From: Chiloscyllium plagiosum
Taxonomy: Eukaryota
Direction: 5' to 3'
Assembly (NCBI RefSeq): GCF_004010195.1
Contig: NC_057751.1
Coordinates: forward strand, 17,109,986 to 17,129,985
DNA length: 20,000 nt
The position numbers and the translations under genes were made by a program. A model generated the notes under the pieces. The model was not told where the DNA came from. It did not search any database and saw only the letters and a list, made by a program, of their open reading frames with translations. Shown here piece by piece: positions 1-9,289 of the stretch (positions within the stretch are counted from its first letter, which is position 1; each line of letters begins with the position of its first letter).

Positions 1-1960
1 CAGATCACGGAGCTTAGTAGCATCCATAAGTAAATAATAGGTAAACAGCGGCAAAAACAAAAACATAGCTACAGATGAGTGTTAAGACTTTGTGAGTCCA
101 TTCAGTGTTCTAACAACAGTAGGGTATAAACTGTTCCTAAACCGGCTGGTGTGTGTGTGTGTGTGTTCAGCCTTCTGTACCTTCTCCCCCCGATGGTAGA
201 GGCTGGAGAAAAACATTGCCAGGGTGGGATGGAGCTTTGAGAATGCTGGCGGCCTTTCCCTGACCGCGGGCCTGGCAGATGGATGCTATAGCGAGGAGGT
301 TGGCCTTTGTGAGTGTCCGGGCCGGGTTCACCCCTCTCTGTAACCGTCTCCGACCTTGAATGGGTACACAGTTTCCGTACCAGGTCGTGATACGTCCAGA
401 CAGAACGCTCTCGATGGCGCACCGATAAAAGTTGGCGAGGGTATTCGCCATCATGCCAAATTTCCTCAGCTGACTGAGGAAGAAGAGACGTTGTTGGGCC
501 TTTGTAACCAGTGTTTTTTTACATGCAGAGTCCAAGAAAACTTGTCATGACCACTCCAGGAAATTGACATCCTCCACTCGTTCCACCTCTGAGCTGTTAA
601 TGTGCAGCGGGAGCATGATTAACATGCCACCAAAAGTCAATGATGAGTTCCTTGGTTTTGCCGGCATTGAGAGTTAGGTTGCTCTCAGTGCCCCATTTTT
701 CCAGGTCTTCTGTCTGTAGTCTGCTTCTTCGCCATCTGAGATTCGACTGACTGTAATGGTGTCATCAGTGAACTTGTGAATGGCATTAGTCTGGTATTGG
801 GCCATGCAGTCATGGGTATACATGAGCATGTACACCTGGGGGCGCCAGTGTTGAGTATTAGTGAGGATGAAATATTGTCCCCAGTCTTCACAGTTTGTGG
901 CCTGTGCATCAGGAAACTGAGGATCCAGTTGCAGAGAGTGGGGCTTTGCCCGAGATCACTAAGTTTAGTAATCAGACTCGAAATGATATTAATGTTGACG
1001 GCTGAACTGTAGTCAATTAGTAGGATTCTTTCGTAGCTGTTCTTGATGTCAAGATGCTCTCGGGATAAGTGAAGGGCAAGTGATATGGAATCTGACATCA
1101 ATCTGTTGGTCCGATAGGCAAATTGGAGAGGGTCAAGAGTCATGGGGAGGCTGGAGGTGAGCAGACCTTCAAAGCACTTCATGACCACCGAAGTTAGGGT
1201 CACTGGGCGGTAGTCATTGATACATCCTGCATGAGCCTTGCTCAGCACAGGGATGATATTGGCCCTCTTGAAACAGGCAGGGACAGTGGCCTGCCACAGG
1301 GAGAGGTTGAAGATGTCTGAGAAGATCTCTGCCAGTTGATCTGCGCATGATTTGAGTGCACGGCCTGGTACTCCGTCTGGTCCCATTGCTTTCCTTGGAT
1401 TCACATGAAGGAAAACTGATCTGACCGTCGATGCAGTGACTGTTTGGATAGGTTCAGCAGGACTTGTCAGAATATGTGTTAACTCTCCACCAACATTCTG
1501 CTCAAAGCGAGCACAGAAGGCATTGAGACGATCTGGGAGGGATATGTTATCATCTGCTACCTTGCTCTGTCTCTTTTTCGAACCTGTGATGTCACTTAGT
1601 CCTTGCCATAGTCGCCGGGTGTCTGTCTGTGTCTCTAGTTTGCATGTCTATTGGTCCTTGGCTGGTCTTAATGGCTCTGTGATGGCCATACTTGGCTCCT
1701 TTACATTTGAGTGGGTCTCCTGATCTGAAGGCCTCACGCCTGGTTTTTAGCAGGTTCTGTATGTCCTGATTCATCCAGGGCTTCCTGTTGGGGACCACCG
1801 TTATTCAGTCAACGCACTCGCTGATAAAGTCTGTGACAGTGCTGGCATACGCGTCCGAGTACCTGCGGACTGTTATAACATGGTCCAATCAGCCGATTCC
1901 AGACAGCACCGGAGTTGATCCTCTGTCTCCTCCAACCAGCTCTGGACCTGGCGAGGGGGG
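1..1960 (-). mobile_element. Rex1/Babar-clade non-LTR retrotransposon, 5'-truncated, decayed RT ORF; 3' end runs off the left edge
   Basis: Minus-strand ORF pieces: NRKPWMNQDI, KAMGPDGVPGRALKSCADQLAEIFSDIFNLSL, NDYRPVTLTSVVMKCFE, LDPLQFAYRTNR, CNWILSFL, LNTGAP, FTDD (772-761) and KAQQRLFFLSQLRKFG..NFYRCAIESVL. These motifs are typical of Rex1/Babar RT. Several frameshifts and small deletions. Confidence 0.9.
149..166. repeat. (GT)9 microsatellite inside the Rex1 3' region
   Basis: Directly visible gtgtgt run. Confidence 0.9.
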
Positions 1961-1965
1961 GTCTC

Positions 1966-3125
1966 CTGATCAGACCACCAATGCCCACTTCCAGATCATT
2001 TATGTACATCGCAAGCAACAGTGGCCCCAGCACTGATCCTTGTGGAACACCACTGGTAATGTTGCTCCATTTCGAGAAACTCCCTTCAGCTACTGGTCTC
2101 TGTATCATGTTGCTCAAACAGCTCTTTATCCACCGAGCTAGGACACCCTGAACACCATTTGACTTTACTTTCTCCATTAGTTTACCATGGGGAACCTTAT
2201 CAAACGCCTTACTAACGCCCATGTATATGATACCTACATCCTTTCCTTCATCTATCAACTTGGTCACTTCCTCAAAGAACTCTATTAAGTTGGTAAGGCA
2301 TGATCGCCCCAGCCCCCTCCACAAAACCATCAGTGATAAGCCTATTATTTTCCAATTATAAATACATTCAGTATTCTCTCCAACAACTTTCCCACCACTG
2401 ACGTCAGGCTCACTGGTCTGTAGTTACCTGGAATGTCCCTACTACCCTTCTTGTACAGGGACACAACATTAGCAGCTCTTCAGTACTCCGGCACCTCACC
2501 TGTATTTAAGGATGCTACAAAGGTATCTGTCAGGGCTCCAGCTATTTCCTCTCTCGCCTCCCGCAGCACCCTGGGATAGATCCCATCCGATCCTGGGGAT
2601 TTGTCCACCTAATATCCTGTAGCCTACCCAACATGTCTTCCCTCCTTATGTCAACGTGATCCAAAGTAAATCAACTTTTACCTCTCATCTCAACATTCAC
2701 CGTACCCCTCTCCTCAATGAACACTGAGGCAAAGTAATCATTGAGAGTCTCCCCCATTTTCTCAGGTTCGACCCACAACCTTCCTTCCTTATCCTTTAGT
2801 GGACCAAAACGCTCTCTTGCTACACTCTTGCTTCTTGTATGTGAATATAATACCTTGGGCTACTCCTTAATTCTGCTCGCTAGAGTTCTTTCATGACTCC
2901 ATTCAGCTTGACTCCCCATTTAGGATTCTCCTGATATTCCTCCAAGGCCCATTCTATACTTAGCTGCCTGGGCCATGTATGCTTCCCTGTTCCTTTTAGC
3001 CCATCACATGATTTCTCCTGTCATCCCCGGTTCACGAATCTTGCCTTTCCTATCCCTTGTTTTCAAAGGGACATACGTTTACTGCACCAGCGTCAAGCTA
3101 TGTTTGAAACACTCCCACGTATCAA
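1966..3125 (-). mobile_element. CR1-clade LINE (HER1-like) ORF2 fragment, cut just before the FADD motif
   Basis: ORF 1809-2330(-): GRSCLTNLIEFFEEVTK..VSKAFDKVPH..SGVPQGSVLGPLLLAMYINDLEVGIGGLIR. Upstream sequence to about 3125 continues as CR1 ORF2-like (NYRPVSLTSVVGKLLE region at about 2375-2425). The right boundary is approximate. Confidence 0.9.
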
Positions 3126-3224
3126 GTGAAGGAGAATATTCAATTTGTTTTCTTAATTACCTGCTGCATCTGCACATCAATCGTCTGTGAGTCACGCACC
3201 CTCTGAGTCGTAGCATATAAAAAT

Positions 3225-3690
3225 TAGTTTATTGTGCTGTTAATCCTTCCACAATGGATGACTTTACATTCTTTGTAACTTTACCAACTTTGTAATCCAT
3301 CTGACGCACTCTAGTCCAGTTGCATAAGTTCTCTATGTCCCTCTGCAGACTTTGCATTTCCACCCATCACAGTGTCATCTGTGAACATTGACATGTGGCC
3401 CAGATTCGAAATCATTAGTGTAGATTGGAAACAATTGCGACCCCAACACTGATCCTTGAGGCAAACCAGTAGCTACTGATTGTCCACCCCAAAATCAACA
3501 CCTCTCCGCATTTCCTGCTTTCTTTTCGTTAGTTAATCCTCTATCCATGCTAATGCATTAACAAGAACACCATGCACCTTTACTTGCTGCAGCAGCCTTT
3601 TGTGTGATCCATGTCATCTGAAGCTTCAGAGGCACCACATCCACTGATTCCCCATTCTCCACCGCGCTCGAAATGCCCCCTCAGAATTCC
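3225..3690 (-). mobile_element. Second, older CR1 LINE RT fragment
   Basis: Minus-strand translation gives LPQGSVLGSQLFPIYTND (about 3412-3465), MFTDDT (about 3372-3389) and LQRDIENLCNW. It repeats RT motifs already present in 1966-3125, so it is an independent copy. Confidence 0.75.
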
Positions 3691-3795
3691 AGCTCACGTA
3701 ACGTGTCATGTGAATATGCTCAGATGGGAATTTCAATCAGAAACAAGAGCAAAATGATCATGTGGCACTTGATACCCATCGGGCCCAATGCAGAT

Positions 3796-4425
3796 GTTGT
3801 GGTTCTGTTCGCCGAGCTGGGAGTGTGTGTTGCAGACGTTTCGTCCCCTGTCTAGGTGACATCCTCAGGGCTTGGGAGCCTCCTGTGAAGCGCTTCTGTG
3901 ACCTTTCCTCCGGCATTTATAGTGGTTTGTACCTGCCGCTTCCGGTTGTCGGTTCCAGCTGTCCGCTGCAGTGGCCGGTATATTGGGTCCAGGTCGATGT
4001 GCTAATTGATTGAATCTGTAGATGAGTGCCATGCCTCTAGGAATTCCCTGGCTGTTCTCTGTTTGGCTTGTCCTATAATAGTAGTGTTGTCCCAGTCGAA
4101 CTCATGTTGCTTGTCATCTGCGTGTGTGGCTACTAAGGATAGCTGGTCGTGTCGTTTCGTTGCGGCATGTCCTCGTTCCGTTGTCTTTCCCTTAGGCATC
4201 TGTGGATGAAATTGTGCGGGTATCCGTTTTTGGCGAATACATTGTATAGGTGTTCTTCTTCCTCTTTTTGCAGTTCTGGTGTGCTGCAGTGTGTTGTGGC
4301 CCTTTTGAACAGTGTCTTGACTCAACTTCTTTTGTGTGTGTTGGGGTGGTTGCTTTCGTAGTTCAGGACTTGGTCTGTGTGTGTGGCTTTCCTTAATACC
4401 TTTGTGGTGAATTCTCCGTTTTCTT
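3796..4425 (-). mobile_element. Penelope-like element (Poseidon-type), 5'-truncated with an internal deletion; 3' pLTR at about 3796-3960
   Basis: NGEFTTKVLRKATHTDQVLNYESNHPNTHKRS (post-RT thumb region) and HDQLSLVATHADDKQHEFDWDNTTIIGQAKQRTAREFLEAWHS (C-terminal part of PLE GIY-YIG). The two are joined by a deletion near 4157. An HHR motif lies in the terminal repeat. Confidence 0.88.
3831..3873 (-). ncRNA. Minimal type I hammerhead ribozyme in the PLE pLTR (core intact)
   Basis: RNA reads AAGCC-CUGAGGA-U-GUCACCU(AGAC)AGGGGAC-GAAA-CG-UC-UGCA. It has the CUGANGA and GAAA core, a stem II with 6 of 7 pairs, a palindromic ACGU stem III and a GUC cleavage triplet. Stem I is short (GC/GC) with a C.U mismatch next to the core. 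Confidence 0.8.
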
Positions 4426-4622
4426 CCCATTCTATGTCTTTAAGTCTCACCCTGTGGCGATCCCGACAGCAAAGCAGTCCTTGAATTGTCGAGTCCGTCT
4501 CCTTGGTACCCATCTCATGAGACCTACCCTGGCTCTGGGCTGTGCCTTTCAAATTGATGCATGCCGCCCGCACTCACCAACTTTCTGACTGTGCCCGCCG
4601 CCTCTGACAGACGGGAGCTCCG

Positions 4623-4890
4623 AACGTCGACGCTGCCAACCTTGGACGCCACCCTCACTCGGGACCTACGTCACTCTCTCTGCCTTCATGTCTCTTCCTG
4701 CCAACCGGCACCCCAAAAAAAGCACCGTCCCCTTCCCTGTTCATCAAACATGAACCTAACGTCGACGCTGCCAACCTTGGACGCCACCCTCACTCGGGAC
4801 CTACGTCACTCTCTCTGCCTTCATGTCTCTTCCTGCCAACCGGCACCCCAACAAAGCACCGCCCCTTCCCTGTTCATCAAACATGAACCT
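4623..4890. repeat. Tandem duplication, 2 x about 134 bp (4623-4757, 4758-4890)
   Basis: aacgtcgacgctgccaacc...catgaacct occurs twice. The copies differ only around ccccaaaaaaagcaccgt versus ccccaacaaagcaccg. Confidence 0.95.
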
Positions 4891-5281
4891 GTGATGGCCA
4901 TGTTGTCACCTAGCCCAGGAAGGGACTGTCTGCCTCTCCACAAACACTCTTCTGTTGTCACTGCATTCAACTCAACATTCACTCTGGGGAAAAAAAACAG
5001 CGCACCATCTGAAAACCCTGAGCTGGTCAAACAAGCCACTTTCCTGCCACTGTTGAAAATAGTCACCTCCAACTATGTCGGCAACTCTGCTTTTGTGAAC
5101 CCACATGAAGGGAATACAGGGACGACATAATCTTGTTAAAGGGGCAGCGTGGTAACAATTCAGATCATGCAACTGTACTAAACTATCGCATGGTCACCCT
5201 CAACTAAATAACAGAGAAGGTCTTACTGGTGTTGTCACCAGTACATATCGGTAACTAAGACCATCTAACTGACTGTGCCGT

Positions 5282-5527
5282 CCGCCTCAGGCGACTGACT
5301 GTGTGGAGTTTGCACGTTCTCCCCGTGTCTGCGTGGGTTTCCTCCGGGTGCTCCGGTTTCCTCCCACAGTCCAACGATGTGCAGGGTCAGGTGAATTGGC
5401 CGTGCTAAATTGCCCGTAGTGTTAGGTAAGGGGTAAATGTAGGGGTATGGGTGGGTTGCGCTTCGGCGGGTCGGTGTGGACTTGTTGGGCCGAAGGGCCT
5501 GTTTCCACACTGTAATCTAAAAAAAAA
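5282..5527 (+). mobile_element. HE1 SINE (V-SINE superfamily), 5'-truncated
   Basis: V-domain gtgtggagtttgcacgttctccccgtgtctgcgtgggtttcctccgggtgctccggtttcctcccacagtcc, LINE-like tail gggccgaagggcctgtttccacactgtaatct and an A tail. Confidence 0.9.
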
Positions 5528-5899
5528 GGAAAGCAAATTATCCTATTAAGCTGTTTTGAGACTCCAAATTTAAACAATGGTTTCTCTGTTGTGCAAACTA
5601 TGGTAGGGCAAATGATATTTAATTAGCAGTGTACATACATTTCATGCAGATTTTTATTTAATGTCCATGTTAAAAACACGACATGGCCACTCCAGGAAAC
5701 CTACAATAACTTTACCAACATTCTCTTATTGTCCACCCTCCCTAAGTATGAATAGCACTCGACGTGGAAGAAAGGTATCATCGCCTCAGTCCACTTTTAT
5801 CTGTTCAGAATGATGGGGAGATGCCAGTGTTGGACTGGGGTGGACAACGTCAGGAGTCACACCATCCTACGTTTATGGTCTTGCACGTACAGTTGAAAT

Positions 5900-5934
5900 T
5901 GCAAGCTTTCTGAGCGCTGCTTCTTCCTCAGGTG
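5900..5934 (-). ncRNA. Degenerate minimal hammerhead ribozyme (second family, AGCU stem III)
   Basis: CAC-CUGAGGA-A-GAAGC(AGC)GCUCA-GAAA-GC-UU. The core is intact, while the base of stem II and stem I are mutated. Confidence 0.65.
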
Positions 5935-5959
5935 AAGTCTGCTTCACTTGACCAAGTAG

Positions 5960-6210
5960 TTTAGGACTTTAGATTAGATTTAGATTACTTTACAGTGTGG
6001 AAACAGGCCCTTCGGCCCAACAAGTCCACANNNNNNNNNNNNNNNNNNNNNNNNNNNNNNNNNNNNNNNNNNNNNNNNNNNNNNNNNNNNNNNNNNNNNN
6101 NNNNNNNNNACGTGCAAACTCCACACAGTCAGTCGCCTGAGGCGGGAATTGGACCCGGGTCTCTGGCGCTGCGAGGCAGCAGTGCTAACCACTGTGCCAC
6201 CGTGTCGCCC
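5960..6210 (-). mobile_element. HE1 SINE with both ends present (contains an N gap); 9-bp TSD
   Basis: tRNA-like head on the minus strand (gggcgacacggtggcacagtggttagc...gggtccaattccc) and an (atcta)n tail. Flanked by accaagtag (5951-5959) and actaagtag (6211-6219). Confidence 0.9.
6031..6109. other. Assembly gap (79 N)
   Basis: Run of N. Confidence 1.
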
Positions 6211-6911
6211 ACTAAGTAGCAGTGGTCCAAAAGTTTGTGAGTCGAAGCAAAGTTTTTGGAGTATAAGCTGGTGTCATGCAAAATCTGACCCTATTTGCTG
6301 AACACTAAACCCAGCTCTCTGAGCCGTAGTTCCAGTTCAACAGAAAACACACCCATCTGCGAATCAATGTTGGAATGTTTTCCAAGAATGTTAAACGTTT
6401 GAAAGAGAATATTTTTTTGGGTAATCCACATGTGGCTGGGGTTATGCTTCTTAATCATTCTTAATTGATCCACATACTCATCCATTTGCTTGCAAAAGTG
6501 TGCCGATATTGTCCCCATAAGAAGCGCACTGACTTATTTCTCTTGCAGAGTAGTCTTGTCACATATATCCTTAGACTGGCAGTTGGCAAATAGCTGTGAC
6601 TTCTCACTGGGTGTTCTTTCAAGTAAGATAAATGAATCGTGAGTGAGCACAAACACGGCTCACACAGACCCAACAGATCTGCTTTCACATGTTCCATGAT
6701 TTTGCTCGCTGATGGAGCTGAGATTTTGAGCTCTCTTGCTAGAAAAACATCTTAGACAGAGAGACTTCCTCTCATGAATCAAATGGGTGTGGAATGTTTC
6801 TTCCAATGCTTCTTTCTCCTGGACTAGAGAGAAACGACACATGGGAAGGAAAATTGTGTTTCTAATGCGCCTCTGCAAAATGTGTGGTTACGGAATGATG
6901 CCAATATTGAA

Positions 6912-7207
6912 AGAACATAGAACAGAGCAGTGGAGTACAGGCCTTCAGCCCTCGATATTGTGCCGGCCTTTTATCCTACTCTAAGTTTAGACTAACCTAT
7001 ATACCCTTTAAAGTACAATCTCCGCTGTGCCAATCCAACAGTCGCTTAAATATCCCTGGTGTATCTGACTTTATGACCACTGCGGGCAATGCATTCCACG
7101 CACTCACAACAATTTGTTTAAAAATAAACCTACCCCTGACATCTTCCCTAAACCTTCCTCCAATTACCTTAAAACTCATGATATACATTTCTGCCATGGG
7201 AAAAAAA
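6912..7207 (-). mobile_element. CR1 LINE 3' end (copy 1, ends at gap)
   Basis: FKVIGGRFREDVRGRFIFKQIVVSAWNALPAVV..IFKRLLDWH (CR1 ORF2 C-terminus), followed by a 3' UTR ending in ctgttctatgttct. Confidence 0.85.
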
Positions 7208-7232
7208 NNNNNNNNNNNNNNNNNNNNNNNNN
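7208..7232. other. Assembly gap (25 N)
   Basis: Run of N. Confidence 1.
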
Positions 7233-7708
7233 CTCTGGCGCTGCGAGGCAGCAGTGCTAACCACTGTGCCACCGTGCCGCCCACTAAGTAGCAGTGGTCC
7301 AAAAGTTTGTGAGTCGAAGCGAAGTTTTTGGAGAAACGACACATGGGAAGGAAAATTGTGTTTCTAATGCGCCTCTGCAAAATGCGTGGTTACGGAATGA
7401 TGCCAGTATTGATAGAACATAGAACAGAGCAGTGGAGTACAGGCCTTCAGCCCTCGATATTGTGCCGGCCTTTTATCCTACTCTAAGTTTAGACTAACCT
7501 ATATACCCTTAAAGTACAATCTCCGCTGTGCCAATCCAACAGTCGCTTAAATATCCCTGGTGTATCTGACTTTATGACCACTGCTGGCAATGCATTCCAC
7601 GCACTCACAACAATTTGTTTAAAAATAAACCTACCCCTGACATCTTCCCTAAACCTTCCTCCAATTACCTTAAAACTCATGATATACATTTCTGCCATGG
7701 GAAAAAAA
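7233..7708. repeat. Near-identical re-occurrence of 6161-6261 joined to 6832-7207 (probable alternate haplotype); includes the HE1 head at 7233-7282
   Basis: Direct comparison shows about 7 differences over about 475 bp. The copy starts right at the gap. Confidence 0.9.
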
Positions 7709-7995
7709 GTCTCGGTTTATCCACTCTATACATGCATCTCAACATCACTTACGCCTCTGTCAACTCGCCTCTCATTCTTCTCCACTCCAATGAGAAAAGG
7801 TGTAGCTGCGTCAACCTCTCTTCCGAAGACATGCCCTCCAGTCCAGGCAACATCCTGCTAAACCTCCTCTGCACCTTCTCTCAAACTTCCACATGTATCC
7901 TACAATGAGATGACGGGAACTGAACACAAGGTTTCAAGTGTGATTCAACAGGGGCTTCATATATTTCTAGCACAACTTCGCGCCTCTTAAGCTGA
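7414..7995 (-). mobile_element. CR1 LINE 3' end (copy 2, longer)
   Basis: Same ORF2 C-terminus as 6912-7207. It extends further 5' through LRKGAEEV/LPGLEGMSSEERL-type sequence (7810-7900). Confidence 0.85.
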
Positions 7996-8060
7996 ATTAA
8001 TAATACCTTAACTTGTTTAGGATGTCAATACAGTATATTGCGTGCAATTCCGGTCTCCTT

Positions 8061-8296
8061 CCTTTTTCACGCAGAGGGTGGTATGTGTATGGAATGAGCT
8101 GCCAGAGGAAGTGGTGGAGGCTGGTACAATTGCAACATTTAAAAGGCATCTGGATGGGTATATGAATAGGAAGGGTTTGGAGGGATATGGGCCGAGTGCT
8201 GGCAGGTGGGACTAGATTGGGTTGGGATATCTGGTCGGCGTGGACTGACGGGTCTGTTTCCATGCTGTACATCTCTATGACTGTATGACTTTATGA
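8061..8296 (+). mobile_element. CR1/HER1 LINE 3' end
   Basis: ttcacgcagagggtggtatgtgtatggaatgagctgccagaggaagtgg translates as FTQRVVCVWNELPEEVVEAGTIATFKRHLDGYM. The tail is ctctatgactgtatgactttatga. Confidence 0.9.
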
Positions 8297-9289
8297 TTGT
8301 ATTGTAAGAATAAAGTTTTATGGAAGACAAATTGAATCATATCTGGAATACATCTTCGTCTTCTAAAAAAAAATACATATTCAGAACTATGCCATCCCTT
8401 TGGGATGAGGATTGGATGGGGGTGGGGGGTGTGCAGTTGGCATCTGGTCTGCTTTCATCCACACCAATAGAAATGAGCACAATCAGGAAACCATTAAATT
8501 TTCAAAAAGCACTCTCCCATTGCAAGTTCATAAAAGAAAGTTAAAAAGTAAAGAGAAGGATTATTTGAAAAACAGACTCGAGTCACATTGCAAGCTAACT
8601 TGGCCACTAACTTCTCCAACACCTTCAATCTCTCTGGTTGCATGAATGCACGCTTTGCAATATGAATACGGAATTGTATTTAATGCTGTAAGATAAGAAA
8701 AACAACATGGACGAACCAGTGAAAGATGATGCTACAGAATATGCTGAAGAAAACTGTCACAGACCCATTGCTGCTCTCCAGTTCTGCATCATTACCGATT
8801 GGTGTCCGGACTTATCAGTCTCTTACAGATATGAAGACTCACTATTATGTGTCTGAAGCAATAAATTTAAAACAGAAAGGAGCAATGAAGTTCAGACCAT
8901 CTCCACATAATCTACTGACACCCATCCAGGATCAATGCAATAGTTTGGTTTTCCACAACAGAGCGTTGCTTCTTGCATATTCAGCTTCCTTTATAAAGTA
9001 GTGAGGATTTCTTTTTAAAGTGAAGCAGCGGTTGTTGATGGAACGAAAGTTGCGGTTCTGTCAGTGCAACATTTTGCCTTGGACATTGACAACAAATTAT
9101 CTCAAATCTATAAAAGTTGAAATTAACGCTGTATGAGTCTGAATATTCTGTGTTGGCAAAACACAGTGCACGAATAATGCTACACACAGCTGAAATCAGC
9201 AAAACTGTTGATAGGAAATACTGACAAGTAATCGGACATAGTAGGACTATTGAGAAAAGGATTGCACAAGAGAAAGCATGTTAAGCCTG

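Larger units (their letters stand above)
5812..6290. mobile_element. Small ORF-less fold-back element of two inverted PLE-type terminal repeats, interrupted by an HE1 SINE
   Basis: Centre is tcaggtgaa-gtctgc-ttcacttga (5928-5951). After removing 5960-6219, the right arm is colinear with the reverse complement of the left arm, and both arms carry HHR motifs. Confidence 0.7.

Noticed and set aside
761..770. CUGAUGA on the minus strand as another hammerhead
   Set aside because: It is the FTDD codons of the Rex1 RT, with no stem II or GAAA following.
685..1404. 239-aa RT ORF as a functional gene or a prokaryotic RT system (retron, DGR, group II intron)
   Set aside because: The motifs are Rex1/Babar LINE type, the ORF frameshifts before the catalytic DD, and the context is vertebrate repeat DNA.
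4561..5130. 189-aa ORF with an internal peptide repeat
   Set aside because: The repeat is a by-product of the DNA tandem duplication with frame-changing indels. No recognisable domain.
5224..5243. Perfect 8-bp hairpin tactggtg-ttgt-caccagta
   Set aside because: Isolated and short, so expected by chance in 20 kb.
8708..9001. Short ORFs in unique sequence (MDEPVKDD..., MMLQNMLKK...)
   Set aside because: No recognisable homology or splice structure, and the lengths are compatible with chance.
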